From Gammaproteobacteria bacterium (lineage in GTDB: Bacteria > Pseudomonadota > Gammaproteobacteria > HyVt-429): 53,489 nucleotides of DNA. Each line of letters opens with the position of its first letter. The first letter of the stretch is position 1. The DNA lies in contig JAJDOE010000103.1 in the NCBI GenBank assembly GCA_022340345.1, positions 1 through 53,489 of the forward strand, given 5' to 3'. The translations under genes were made by a program, and so were the position numbers. The notes beneath the pieces are model-generated. The model searched no databases. It saw only the letters and a program-made list of their open reading frames with translations, and had not been told where the DNA came from. This document shows positions 9,149-19,136 of the stretch, one piece after another.

Positions 9149-10906
9149 TCAACCCCCGCCAGACAGGCGTTGTTGCTTGAGACGGCTGATCTCCTGCTGC
9201 AAGGCAGCGCAGATTTCCGCGGCTCGGGCGTCGCCCAGTTCCCGGGCCGCTGCTTCCTGTCGTTGGAGCGCGTCAATGCGCACCGCCAGCAATGCGTCGC
9301 GCAGTTCCCCTTGCGGGTTGTCCGATGCCTGCTGGGCATGTTCCCAGGTGGCCAGCTTCTCCAGGTGTTTCTCGCTGGGGTCGCCGCGGTAGTGCTCCAG
9401 CACCTGCCCGGTGTTCTGTTTCGGTGCTTCCTGGAGCAATTTTAGCAGGCCGCGCAGCAGGTCGAGGCCGGCGATAGCCGCCTCCGGCAATTCCGGCTGG
9501 TCGGCTACCGATGCCGCCAGGTCCGGCTGCTGCACCAGCAGCGCTACCGCCTTGCGCACCGGTGAGTCCCCCTGCAGCGGGCGCGGACGGCGGACGCGGT
9601 CGGAGCCGGAGGCCTGGCGCGGCGCCGCCGCCACCAGCCCCCGCAACGCGTCATCGCCCAGCCGGGTCAGTTCCCCGAGACGCTCGGTCATCATGCGCTT
9701 GAGGATACCGTCCGGGACCTGGCCGATCAGTGGCCGGGCCAGTTCCGCGTACCGTGCCCGCCCGTCCATGCGCGAAAGATCCGCCTGTTGCCGCAGGTGA
9801 TCGAACAGGAACTCCGGCAGCGGTACGCTGTTCGCCAGCCGGGCGCGGAAGGCGTCGCCGCCCTCCCGACGCACCAGGGAATCCGGATCTTCGCCCTCGG
9901 GGAGGAACAGGAACCCGGCCTGGCGGCCCTCGCTCAGCAAGGGCAGGGCGGTTTCCAGGGCCCGCACCGCCGCCTCGCGCCCGGCGCGGTCGCCGTCAAA
10001 GCAGAACACCACCTCCGGGGCAAAACGGAAGATCCGTTCCAGGTGGTAGCGGGTGGTGGCGGTGCCGAGAGTGGCGACCACGTTCTCCACCCCGTGCTGG
10101 GAGAGTGCCACCACGTCCATGTAGCCCTCCACGATCAGCACCTGGCCGCTGGCACGGATCGCGTCCCGGGCCAGGTACAGGCCGTACAGTTCCCGGCCCT
10201 TGTGGAACACCGCGGTCTCCGGGGAATTGAGGTACTTGGGCTCGCCTTCGCCCAATACGCGCCCGCCAAATGCAACCACCCGGCCGCGGTAGTCGTGGAT
10301 GGGAAACAGCACCCGGTGGCGGAAGCGGTCGTAGAAGCCGCCGGAGTCCTTCTTGATGACCAGTCCGGCCCCCAGCAGCAACTCGGGCTCCGCGTCCAGG
10401 GCACGCAGCAGGTTGTCCCAGCCCTCCGGGGCGAAACCGATACCGAAGCGCGCCGCGGTCTGCCCGGTCAGGCCCCGGCCTTTCAGGTAGTCCTGGGCCT
10501 CCGCGGCGCGCGGATGAGCCCGCAGCTGATCGCGGAACCAGCGGTCCGCCCGGGTCAGCACCTCCAGCAACGCGGGCACCTGTTCGTTGGACGGACTGTC
10601 GGCGCTGCCCTGGGGCAGTTCCAGGCCCACGGTCTGGGCCAGCTCGCGCACGGCCTCCACGAAGCCCAGTCCCTCGTGCTCCATCAGGAAGCCAATCGCG
10701 CTGCCATGGGCTCCGCAGCCGAAGCAGTGATAAAACTGCTTGGTCTGGCTGACGGTAAAGGACGGGGTCTTCTCTTCGTGGAAAGGGCAGCAGGCGATGT
10801 GCTCGCGGCCGCGTTTTTTCAGGGGCACCCGGGTGTCGACAACGTCAACGATATCCACCCGCGCCAGCAGATCGTCGATGAATTCACGGGGAATGCGGCC
10901 CGACAT
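9149..10906 (-). CDS. dnaG: DNA primase
   Basis: CPFH...CFGC zinc finger, KYLNSPET, and TOPRIM motifs VEGYMDV and FDGDRAG. Confidence 0.99.
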   Translation of the reverse strand: MSGRIPREFIDDLLARVDIVDVVDTRVPLKKRGREHIACCPFHEEKTPSFTVSQTKQFYHCFGCGAHGSAIGFLMEHEGLGFVEAVRELAQTVGLELPQGSADSPSNEQVPALLEVLTRADRWFRDQLRAHPRAAEAQDYLKGRGLTGQTAARFGIGFAPEGWDNLLRALDAEPELLLGAGLVIKKDSGGFYDRFRHRVLFPIHDYRGRVVAFGGRVLGEGEPKYLNSPETAVFHKGRELYGLYLARDAIRASGQVLIVEGYMDVVALSQHGVENVVATLGTATTRYHLERIFRFAPEVVFCFDGDRAGREAAVRALETALPLLSEGRQAGFLFLPEGEDPDSLVRREGGDAFRARLANSVPLPEFLFDHLRQQADLSRMDGRARYAELARPLIGQVPDGILKRMMTERLGELTRLGDDALRGLVAAAPRQASGSDRVRRPRPLQGDSPVRKAVALLVQQPDLAASVADQPELPEAAIAGLDLLRGLLKLLQEAPKQNTGQVLEHYRGDPSEKHLEKLATWEHAQQASDNPQGELRDALLAVRIDALQRQEAAARELGDARAAEICAALQQEISRLKQQRLSGGG

Positions 10907-11020
10907 GTCTATTTGCCCCCCGGCGGCAACCGGCCGGAATGGAAAGCTTTATTGGCCGGGGTTGCGGTCGCGATTCGGGTTTGACTGGCAGGGGATGGTA
11001 GCGCCGCCGGCGCCCGGCGC

Positions 11021-11467
11021 CTACGCTTCCAGCCGCTGCTTGACCAGTGCCGAGACCTGGCCCATATCCGCCTGGCCGGCCAGACGCGGCTTGATCTGCC
11101 CCATCACCTTGCCCATGTCCCGCATTCCCTCGGCGCCTGTCTCGGCGATAACTTCGTCCACGATGGCGGCAACCGCTTCCGCCGTCAGCTGTTCGGGCAG
11201 GTATTCGGAAAAAATTGCGATCTGCGCCTGTTCCTTGCTGGCCAGGTCCTGGCGGCCGCCCTTTTCGAACTGGCTCTCGGCGTCGCGGCCCTGCTTGACC
11301 AGTTTTTCGATAACCGCCAGCACCTCGGGGTCGTCAAGCTCGGTACGCTCGTCCACTTCGCGCCGCTGGATGGCAGCACGCAGCATGCGGATAGCCTCCA
11401 GGCGCGCGGTAGCCCGATCACGCATGGCCTGTTTGAGGTCCGAATCGATGCGGTCCTTGAGTGCCAT
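11021..11467 (-). CDS. GatB/YqeY domain protein
   Basis: MALKDRIDSDLKQAMR...DMGKVMG. Usual position between rpsU and dnaG. Start reassigned to ATG 11467. Confidence 0.93.
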   Translation of the reverse strand: MALKDRIDSDLKQAMRDRATARLEAIRMLRAAIQRREVDERTELDDPEVLAVIEKLVKQGRDAESQFEKGGRQDLASKEQAQIAIFSEYLPEQLTAEAVAAIVDEVIAETGAEGMRDMGKVMGQIKPRLAGQADMGQVSALVKQRLEA

Positions 11468-11495
11468 GGCGCGAGACAGCCTATCGGGAGGGGAA

Positions 11496-11711
11496 TCAGT
11501 ACTGGCGGGTAAAACGGGAGCCTTCGCGGGAAATGCGCTTGAGCTCCCGCTTGCGCGCGGCGGCGGCCTTGCGCTTGCGGACCGAGGTCGGCTTCTCGTA
11601 GTGCTCGCGGCGGCGCATTTCCGAAAACACCCCCGCCTTCTCGCAGGAACGTCGGAAGCGGCGCAGCACGATATCAAACGGCTCGCCTTCCCTTACTCGG
11701 ACATGTGGCAT
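11496..11711 (-). CDS. rpsU: 30S ribosomal protein S21
   Basis: 71 aa: [43 protein letters not shown]. Confidence 0.97.
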   Translation of the reverse strand: MPHVRVREGEPFDIVLRRFRRSCEKAGVFSEMRRREHYEKPTSVRKRKAAAARKRELKRISREGSRFTRQY

Positions 11712-11821
11712 ATGGTTCGCAACCCTTGGGTTTTGGCTCTGAATTCGGTTCCCGGCCCCGCAGGGGCGGCTCGGGGCGCGAATATTAGCCACTTCAGCCG
11801 GATTTGTATAGAAGCGGGCGC

Positions 11822-12841
11822 ATGCGGGTACTCGGAATCGAAACCTCCTGTGACGAGACCGCGGTGGCGGTATTCGACACCGCGGAAGGGCTTCTGGGCC
11901 ACCGGCTGTACTCCCAGACCCCCCTGCACGCGGAATATGGCGGGGTGGTACCGGAACTGGCGGCCCGCGACCACGTGCGCCGTCTGCTGGGCCTGACCAC
12001 GGACCTGACCGGCGCGCTCGGTTCGCGGGAACTGGATGGGGTTGCCTACACCGCCGGTCCGGGCCTGATCGGGGCGCTGCTGGTGGGCGCCGCCTTCGCC
12101 CGCGGACTGGCTCTGGCACGGGGTATTCCGGCACTGGGGGTGCACCATATGGAGGCCCACTTGCTGGCGCCGATGCTGGAGGACCCGGCACCGGAGTTTC
12201 CGTTCCTGGCGCTGCTGGTATCCGGTGGACACACCTTGCTGGTCGATGTCGACGGACCCGGGCGCTACCGTATCCTGGGGCGCTCGCTGGACGACGCGGT
12301 GGGGGAGGCCTTCGACAAGGCCGCCAAGTTGCTGGGGCTGGGCTACCCCGGCGGGCCGGCCATTGCCGCCGCCGCCGAGGATGGCAGGCCCGGAGCATTG
12401 CGCTTCCCGCGCCCCATGACGGATCGACCGGGGCTGGACTTCAGTTTCTCGGGGCTCAAGACCTTCACCCGAAATACCGCCGCCGAGAGCGCCCTCGACC
12501 CGCAGCGGGTTGCGGACATTGCCCGTGCCTTCGAGGAGGCCGCCGTGGATACCCTGGTGATCAAGGTGCGGCGGGCGCTGGAATCCAGTGGCCGCCAGCG
12601 TTGCGTGGTGGCCGGCGGGGTGGGCGCCAACCGGCGGCTGCGCCAGCGCCTGGCGCAACTGGGTGAGCGGATGTCGGTGAGTTTCTTTTTTCCGCGCCCG
12701 GAATTCTGCACCGACAACGCCGCGATGGTGGCGCTGGCCGGTGCGCAGCGGCTGGTGGCCGGCGAACGCGACCCCGCCGGCGGTCGCCCGGTCCGCCCGC
12801 GCTGGTCGCTGGATGATTTGGCGCCGCCGGCGGCGGCCTGA
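11822..12841 (+). CDS. tsaD: tRNA threonylcarbamoyltransferase subunit TsaD
   Basis: Motifs [24 protein letters not shown] and CTDNAAM. Divergent from rpsU. Confidence 0.98.
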   Translation: MRVLGIETSCDETAVAVFDTAEGLLGHRLYSQTPLHAEYGGVVPELAARDHVRRLLGLTTDLTGALGSRELDGVAYTAGPGLIGALLVGAAFARGLALARGIPALGVHHMEAHLLAPMLEDPAPEFPFLALLVSGGHTLLVDVDGPGRYRILGRSLDDAVGEAFDKAAKLLGLGYPGGPAIAAAAEDGRPGALRFPRPMTDRPGLDFSFSGLKTFTRNTAAESALDPQRVADIARAFEEAAVDTLVIKVRRALESSGRQRCVVAGGVGANRRLRQRLAQLGERMSVSFFFPRPEFCTDNAAMVALAGAQRLVAGERDPAGGRPVRPRWSLDDLAPPAAA

Positions 12842-12852
12842 GGTTTTTCCGG

Positions 12853-13215
12853 ATGGATATCGTTTACATCACTGAACTCAAGATCGACTGCGTGATCGGC
12901 CTGTGGGAGCGGGAACGGCGCATGCGCCAGTCGGTGTTCCTGGACCTGGAGATGGCCACCGACGTGGCACGGGCCGCGGCCACCGATCAACTGGCGGATG
13001 CCATCGACTACAAGGCGGTATCCAAGCGCATCCAGGAATTCGTGCGGGGGTCCGAGTTCCACCTGGTGGAGACCCTCGCCGAGGGGGTCGCCGCCATCCT
13101 GCTGCAGGAATTCGAGGTGCCCTGGTGCCGGGTGCGTCTCAACAAGCGTGGCGCGCTGCGGGGTGCCCACGACGTGGGTGTAGAGATCGAACGGGGAACG
13201 CGCCCCGGTGCCTGA
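12853..13215 (+). CDS. folB: Dihydroneopterin aldolase
   Basis: MDIVYITELKIDCVIG...WER...IDY...LVETLAE. Confidence 0.96.
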   Translation: MDIVYITELKIDCVIGLWERERRMRQSVFLDLEMATDVARAAATDQLADAIDYKAVSKRIQEFVRGSEFHLVETLAEGVAAILLQEFEVPWCRVRLNKRGALRGAHDVGVEIERGTRPGA

Positions 13216-13687
13216 GGTATTCGTTACCGTGGGCAGCAACCTGGACCCCGAACGCCGCGTGCGGCAGGGGCTGGACGCCCTGCGCCGGGAATTTGGTGAG
13301 CTGCGGGTCTCTCCCGCCTACCGTACCCCGGCGGAGGGATTCGTCGGTCCGGATTTCATCAACCTGGTGGTTGCATTCCACACCGCGCAGTTACCGGGGC
13401 GGGTACAGCAGACCCTGCGGCAGGTCGAGCGGGAATGCGGCCGCAGTGTTGCCGAGCGCGGCTTCTGCGACCGGACCCTGGACCTGGACCTGCTGTTGTA
13501 CGGCGACATGGTGCGCCATGACGATATCTTCAACTTGCCGAGGCCGGACCTGGGCCAGTACGCATTTGTTCTCGGCCCGATGGCGGATCTGGCGCCCGAC
13601 CTGCGTCACCCGGAGACCGGGACGACGATCGCCAGGATGTGGCAGGCCTTTGCCGGGCGCAGGGCGATCGAGCCCATCGAGCTCTGA
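13208..13687 (+). CDS. folK: 2-amino-4-hydroxy-6-hydroxymethyldihydropteridine diphosphokinase
   Basis: Motifs GSNL, DFINLV and RTLDLDLLLYG. Confidence 0.95.
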   Translation: MPEVFVTVGSNLDPERRVRQGLDALRREFGELRVSPAYRTPAEGFVGPDFINLVVAFHTAQLPGRVQQTLRQVERECGRSVAERGFCDRTLDLDLLLYGDMVRHDDIFNLPRPDLGQYAFVLGPMADLAPDLRHPETGTTIARMWQAFAGRRAIEPIEL

Positions 13688-13742
13688 GCCGTTGCATCGG
13701 ATGGTGGTGCCCCGGTGGCCGGTACGCCGGTGGCTGGACGGT

Positions 13743-14486
13743 TCAGATGCCGGTCGTCCGGCCGCCGCTCACCGGCAGGATATGCCCGGACGTATAGGTG
13801 GCATCCCGCAACAGGAACAGTACCGCGGCGCTGATCTCCTCCGGTGAGCCACAGCGACCCAGCGGTATGTGACTCAGTACCGCGGCCTTGGCTTCCTCGC
13901 TGATGCCATTTTCCGGCCACAGGATCGCCCCGGGGGCGATGCCATTGACCCGCACCTGGGGCGCCAGCTCGCGGGCCAGGGCGCGGGTGGCCATCGCCAG
14001 CCCGGCCTTGGCGATGCTGTAGATGCTGTAGCCGGGCAGCGGGCGTCCGCCATGGATATCCAGCATGTTGACCACCGCACCCCGGGTCCTGGCGAGGGCA
14101 GGCGCACAGGCGCGGGTGAGAAAATACGGCGCCCGCAGGTTGGAACCGGTGAGTTCCTCCCAGTGTTCCTCGTTCGCCTCCGCCAGTGGCGTGGCGTAGA
14201 AGGTGCTGGCGTTGTTCACCAGGCCATCCAGGCGCCCGAAGGCCGCCAACGCTTCGGTTGCCACGGTATCCGGGGCGCCGGGGCTCAGCAGGTCCGCCTG
14301 CACCAGCCGCACGCTGTCCGCGCGCCGCTGCTCCAGTTCCCGGCGCAGGGCTTCGGCCGGATCAGCGGAGTTTCGGTAATGGATCACGACCCGCATGCCT
14401 TCCGCGTGCAGGCGCCGGCAGATCGCCGCCCCCAGGCGCCTGGCGGCGCCGGTGACCAGCACCACGGGTTCACTGTTTTCCTTCAT
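13743..14486 (-). CDS. folM: Pteridine reductase (FolM/PTR1-like SDR)
   Basis: Motifs VLVTGAARRLG, LVNNAS, YSIAK and VNGIAPG. Adjacent to folBK. Confidence 0.85.
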   Translation of the reverse strand: MKENSEPVVLVTGAARRLGAAICRRLHAEGMRVVIHYRNSADPAEALRRELEQRRADSVRLVQADLLSPGAPDTVATEALAAFGRLDGLVNNASTFYATPLAEANEEHWEELTGSNLRAPYFLTRACAPALARTRGAVVNMLDIHGGRPLPGYSIYSIAKAGLAMATRALARELAPQVRVNGIAPGAILWPENGISEEAKAAVLSHIPLGRCGSPEEISAAVLFLLRDATYTSGHILPVSGGRTTGI

Positions 14487-14529
14487 TCGTCGCGTACAAT
14501 CGCTCCGGCCCGGTACGAACTTAACGTTG

Positions 14530-15723
14530 ATGCCCTCCCCGCCACAAGCGCAAGAACTGCAACTGGACGCCAGCCACCGCGAACACGAGGCGCGCGTGCG
14601 CGCGCACATGGACGCACGCATTTCCGCTGCCGGTGCGGACGGGCTGGAGTTCAGCCGTTTTATGGCGGAGGCCTTGTATGCACCGGGGCTTGGCTACTAC
14701 GCCACCGGACCCGGTTTCGGTGAGCAGGGAGATTTCATCACCGCGCCGGAGGTCTCACCGCTGTTCGGCCGTTGCGTTGCGCAAACCTGCGCCGACTGGC
14801 TGGAACAACTGGGGGCCGGGGCGGAAATTCTGGAGGTCGGCGCCGGTAGCGGCGCGTTGGTGGCGGAACTGTTGCCGGCGCTGGCGGCGAGCCAGCGCCT
14901 GCCGCGTGCCTATCGCATCCTGGAGCTGAGTCCGGCGTTGCGTGAGCAGCAGCAGGCACGGGTGGCGCAACTGGCTCCCGAGCTGCGGGAGCGGGTGCGC
15001 TGGTGTGACGATCTGCCGGAGGCCGGTTTCGTCGGCGTGATCCTGGGCAACGAGCTGCTCGACAGCCTGCCGGCGCATGTTTTCCGGTGCGGCACGCCGA
15101 TCTCTGGTGAGGAAAGTGAGGTGCAGTTGTTGCACGTGTACCGCACCGAGACCGGCTACACGCCGGGCTGGGCACCGGCGCCGCCGGGTATCGCTGCGCT
15201 GGTACGGGAGCGGCTGCCGGCGGACACGCCGGCGGACTATCGTTCCGAACTGGGCCTTGCGGCGGAGGCCTGGGTGGAGCGGGCCGCCGCCGGGATCGAC
15301 CGTGGGGCGTTATTGCTGTTCGACTATGGCTTCGTGCGCCGGGAGTTTTTTCATCCCCAGCGCAACGCGGGCACGCTGATGTGCCACTTCCGGCACCACG
15401 TCAGCGCCGACCCGTTTGATCGCGTCGGTCTGCAGGACATCACCACCCACGTGGAATTCACCGCCGTCGCCGAGGCAGGCCAGCGGACCGGCCTGGAGTG
15501 CCTGGGTTTCACCAGCCAGGCCCATTACCTGATTTCCGCCGGCCTGCCGGGTCGTATCGATGCCGCCGCCACCACCCGGGAGCGGCTGGCCCAGGGACGG
15601 GCGGTGGAGCTGCTGACCTCACCCGCGGAGATGGGGGAACTGGTGAAGGTGATCGCCCTGGGGCGGGGTGTGAGCGCTGCCCGGGCCGGATTCAGCGGGC
15701 GCGATTTCCGCGGGCGGCTGTAG
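14530..15723 (+). CDS. SAM-dependent methyltransferase, MidA/NDUFAF7 family
   Basis: Motifs ALYAPGLGYY, GDFITAPE, EVGAGSG, NELLD and QDITTHV. Start codon uncertain. Confidence 0.92.
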   Translation: MPSPPQAQELQLDASHREHEARVRAHMDARISAAGADGLEFSRFMAEALYAPGLGYYATGPGFGEQGDFITAPEVSPLFGRCVAQTCADWLEQLGAGAEILEVGAGSGALVAELLPALAASQRLPRAYRILELSPALREQQQARVAQLAPELRERVRWCDDLPEAGFVGVILGNELLDSLPAHVFRCGTPISGEESEVQLLHVYRTETGYTPGWAPAPPGIAALVRERLPADTPADYRSELGLAAEAWVERAAAGIDRGALLLFDYGFVRREFFHPQRNAGTLMCHFRHHVSADPFDRVGLQDITTHVEFTAVAEAGQRTGLECLGFTSQAHYLISAGLPGRIDAAATTRERLAQGRAVELLTSPAEMGELVKVIALGRGVSAARAGFSGRDFRGRL

Positions 15724-15726
15724 CCG

Positions 15727-16503
15727 ATGGAGTTCTGGCAAGCAATGTGGCTGGCGCTGGTGCAGGGACTGACCGAGTTCCTGCCGATCTCCAGTGCCGG
15801 TCACCTGGTGCTGGCGCCCCGGTTGCTGGGCTGGGCGGACCAGGGCCTGGCTTTCGACGTGGCGGTGCACCTGGGCAGCCTGGTGGCGGTGATGCTGTAT
15901 TTCCAACGCGACCTGCTGGAGCTGGCGATGGCGCCTCGCCAAAACGCGCGCCTGCTGGTGGCGATCTTCATCGGCACCCTGCCGGCGGGCATCGCCGGAT
16001 TGCTGTTGCGGGACTACGTAGAGGGACAGTTGCGCGGGCCGTTGGTGGTGGCCAGCGCCACGGTGGTGTTCGCGGTGGTGCTGTACCTGGCGGATCGCTA
16101 CCGCCGCCGCCGCGAGGCCCGCGGCGTAGCGGAGATACGTTGGGGAGCTGCGGCGTTCATCGGCTTTTCCCAGGCGCTGGCGCTGGTGCCGGGCACCTCC
16201 CGCTCCGGGATCACCATCAGTGCCGGCCTCCTGCTGGGACTGTCCCGGGAGGCGGCGGCGCGGTTTTCCTTCCTGCTGGCGGTGCCAATCATCCTCGCCG
16301 CTTCCGCCATCAAGGGGCTCGACCTGCTCACCGCTACCGTGCCTCCGGACTGGGGCCTGGTGGCCAGCGCCACCGCGGTGGCCGCGGTCAGCGCCTTCGC
16401 CTGCATCCACCTGTTCCTGCGCCTGATCGAACGCATCGGCATGACGCCATTTGTCATCTACCGGCTGGCGTTGGGAGCGGTGTTGTTCTGGATGTTTCTG
16501 TAG
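15727..16503 (+). CDS. uppP: Undecaprenyl-diphosphate phosphatase
   Basis: Motifs VQGLTEFLPISSAGHL and PGTSRSGIT. Confidence 0.97.
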   Translation: MEFWQAMWLALVQGLTEFLPISSAGHLVLAPRLLGWADQGLAFDVAVHLGSLVAVMLYFQRDLLELAMAPRQNARLLVAIFIGTLPAGIAGLLLRDYVEGQLRGPLVVASATVVFAVVLYLADRYRRRREARGVAEIRWGAAAFIGFSQALALVPGTSRSGITISAGLLLGLSREAAARFSFLLAVPIILAASAIKGLDLLTATVPPDWGLVASATAVAAVSAFACIHLFLRLIERIGMTPFVIYRLALGAVLFWMFL

Positions 16504-16531
16504 GCGCTGCGCGCCTACAGAAACATCCAGA
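16487..16531. repeat. Perfect 21-bp inverted repeat spanning the uppP stop codon
   Basis: TCTGGATGTTTCTGTAGGCGC-tgc-GCGCCTACAGAAACATCCAGA. Confidence 0.9.
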
Positions 16532-16837
16532 GGAACGTAGTGACGACGGATCTCTCGCAATTCCTGGCGGCGTTGAACAAAGTCCACACTGTCATTCCGA
16601 ACGCCGCGTAGCGGCGGAGCGTATTTCAATGTGGCGCAGCCTTGGCCAGCCACCACCCCTGAACCGGAGCGAAGCGAAGGATCCTGCCGGTGGGGCTCGC
16701 TCGGGATGACACCGTTGGTGAAGGCTCGCGCCCAGCGGACAGCAATACCTCACCAATTGTCATCCTGAGCGAAGCGAAGGATCTTGCCGTTTCACCGCAG
16801 CACGATCCTTCCCTCGCTGTGCTCGTTCAGGATGGCA
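16524..16837. repeat. Cluster of REP-like palindromic repeats (GTCATCCTGAGCGAAGCGAAGGATC type)
   Basis: Best copy at 16758-16784 with an inverted partner at 16804-16837. Variants near 16524, 16590 and 16658, and an inverted half at 16695-16711. Confidence 0.8.
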
Positions 16838-18038
16838 AGGAGGAAATCGCCTCCACCCGCGCTTCGCGCAACCGCTTCGCCACCTCCGGCCCCGGCAGGT
16901 CGGCGAACGGTGCCGCGTCCACCGCCCGGGCGGCCGCCGCGGCACGCCGCATGCGTTCCGCCTGGGGATAGGGCTCGCCCTGTTTTCCTGCGCGGCCAAG
17001 GGCGTCCGCCTGGCAGGCGAGCAGAAACGACTCGAAGCGCTCCGGGCGTCGAAAAACATCCACCGCCTCCAGTACCGCAAGGATTTTCGCCGGACGCAGC
17101 TCCGCGGCCCGGTGGCAGTGGCTGTGGTAGCGCGCCACCAGTACCGCCAGTTCCCGGTAGTCGCGGGGGATGCGCAAGCGGTCCGCCAGCGCCTGCACCT
17201 GTTCCACGCTGCGGGCTTCGTGGCCGTGGTGGGCGGGCAGGCGCTCCCGGGGCGTCTGTGCCTTGCCCAGGTCATGCACCAGCGCGGCGAAGCGCACCCG
17301 CGGGTCCGCGCTCAGCTCGCAGGCGCGTTCCAGCACCAGCAATACGTGCGCACCGGTATCGACCTCCGGGTGATGGTGGGCCGGCTGGGGTACGCCAAAC
17401 AACGCGTCCAGTTCCGGCATCAGCCGCCCGAGCGCCCCGCAGGCGCGCAGCACTTCAAAAAACCGCCGCGGGTGTTCTTCGCTCAGGGCTCGCTCCATTT
17501 CGGTCCACACCCGTTCGGCCACCAGCGCATCCACCTCTCCGTCCGCCACCATCTGTTTCATCAGGCGATGGGTGCCGTGGGCCACGCGAAATCCCTGCCG
17601 GGCATAGCGCGCCGCCAGGCGCGCCACCCGCAGGATGCGCACCGGGTCCTCGGTGAAGGACTCCGATACATGGCGCAGGAACCCGGCGCGCAGGTCGGCT
17701 TCGCCGCCGAAGGGATCGATGAGGGTGCCGTCGGCGTGTTCGGCCATGGCGTTGATGGTCAGGTCCCGGCGCCGCAGGTCCTCTTCCAGGCTTACGTCCG
17801 GTGCGGCATGGAACGCGAATCCGGTGTAGCCGGGTCCGGTTTTCCGTTCGGTGCGTGCCAGCGCGTACTCTTCATGGGTCTGCGGGTGCAGAAACACGGG
17901 AAAGTCACGACCCACAGGTCGGAAACCCTGGTCAATCATTTCCTGGGGCGTTGCGCCCACCACGACCCAGTCCCTATCCTTGACCGGTAGCCCCAGTAGC
18001 CGGTCCCGCACCGCTCCGCCAACGAGATAAATGTTCAT
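16827..18038 (-). CDS. cca: Multifunctional CCA-adding enzyme (with HD domain)
   Basis: Motifs MNIYLVGGAVRD, DRDWVV, EYALARTERK, RRDLTINAMA, EDPVRILR and VHDLGK. Confidence 0.98.
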   Translation of the reverse strand: MNIYLVGGAVRDRLLGLPVKDRDWVVVGATPQEMIDQGFRPVGRDFPVFLHPQTHEEYALARTERKTGPGYTGFAFHAAPDVSLEEDLRRRDLTINAMAEHADGTLIDPFGGEADLRAGFLRHVSESFTEDPVRILRVARLAARYARQGFRVAHGTHRLMKQMVADGEVDALVAERVWTEMERALSEEHPRRFFEVLRACGALGRLMPELDALFGVPQPAHHHPEVDTGAHVLLVLERACELSADPRVRFAALVHDLGKAQTPRERLPAHHGHEARSVEQVQALADRLRIPRDYRELAVLVARYHSHCHRAAELRPAKILAVLEAVDVFRRPERFESFLLACQADALGRAGKQGEPYPQAERMRRAAAAARAVDAAPFADLPGPEVAKRLREARVEAISSLPS

Positions 18039-18048
18039 TTCGCCGTCA

Positions 18049-19092
18049 ATGCTATATCGATTCCTGTGGCTGGGCACGGCATTGCTGCTGGCCGGTTGCG
18101 GCAGCGTTGGCTACTACGCCCAGTCGGTACGCGGGCAACTTGCGATCTGGCACCAGGCACGCCCCATCAGCGACTGGCTCGCGGAGCCTGCAACCGACAA
18201 TGCATTGCGGAACCAGCTGGAACTCGCCGTCCGCCTGCGCGCATTTGCCAGCGAGAAACTGGCATTGCCGGACAATGATTCCTATACCCTTTACGCGGAT
18301 CTCAAGCGTCGCTACGTTGCCTGGAACGTGTTCGCCGCCACCGAGTTCTCGGTGGAACCGGTGACCTGGTGCTACCCGGTGATCGGCTGCGCCGCCTACC
18401 GTGGTTATTTTTCGGAAGCGGCGGCGAGGGAATTTGCGGAAAGCCTGCGCGGGCAGGGCAAGGATGTATTTGTCGGGGGCGTGCCAGCCTACTCGACCCT
18501 CGGCTGGTTTGATGACCCGTTGCTCAACACCGTGATCCACTACCCCGACGCGGAGCTTGCGGCGTTGATCTTCCACGAACTCACTCACCAGGTGGTCTAC
18601 GTCAAGGGTGATACCGCATTCAACGAATCCTTCGCTACCGCGGTGGAGCTGGAGGGAACGCGCCGCTGGTTCGCCGCGGCCGAGCAACCGCAGCTGGCGC
18701 TGGCGCATCGCACCGTGCAGCAACGGGAGCGGGTGGTTGTTGAACTGATCCTGAAGTTTCGCGAGCAACTGGAGGAGCTGTACCAAAGTGGCCTGGCCGT
18801 TGACCAGATGCGGGCGCGCAAGGCCAGCCTGTTCGACGCGTTGCGGCGGGCCTATGCGGACACCAAGGCCGGTTGGCCGGGCTACCGGGCGTTCGACGCC
18901 TGGTTTGCCCGGGATCTCAACAATGCCCACCTGGTCGCGCTGGGTGCGTACCATCGCCACGTGCCTGCTTTTGAGGCGCTGCTCCGGGCGGCCGGTGGTG
19001 ATCTGCCGGAGTTCTACGCGCGGGTGAAGGAACTGGCGGAGCTGGATCCCGGGGAGCGGGAAACCCGCCTCGCCGGGCTGGCGGCACGCTAG
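18049..19092 (+). CDS. Putative zinc aminopeptidase lipoprotein (DUF2265-like)
   Basis: Lipobox LLLAGC, AYSTLGWFDDP, and zinc motif IFHELTH...FNESFA. Confidence 0.85.
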   Translation: MLYRFLWLGTALLLAGCGSVGYYAQSVRGQLAIWHQARPISDWLAEPATDNALRNQLELAVRLRAFASEKLALPDNDSYTLYADLKRRYVAWNVFAATEFSVEPVTWCYPVIGCAAYRGYFSEAAAREFAESLRGQGKDVFVGGVPAYSTLGWFDDPLLNTVIHYPDAELAALIFHELTHQVVYVKGDTAFNESFATAVELEGTRRWFAAAEQPQLALAHRTVQQRERVVVELILKFREQLEELYQSGLAVDQMRARKASLFDALRRAYADTKAGWPGYRAFDAWFARDLNNAHLVALGAYHRHVPAFEALLRAAGGDLPEFYARVKELAELDPGERETRLAGLAAR

Positions 19093-19136
19093 CCGGCAAA
19101 CAACCCGGCAGGTCTCCGCGGGTGCGGCTTGCCCGG

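Noticed and set aside
16524-16837. Possible CRISPR array
   Set aside because: The units are degenerate, occur in both orientations and are irregularly spaced, and there are no cas genes.
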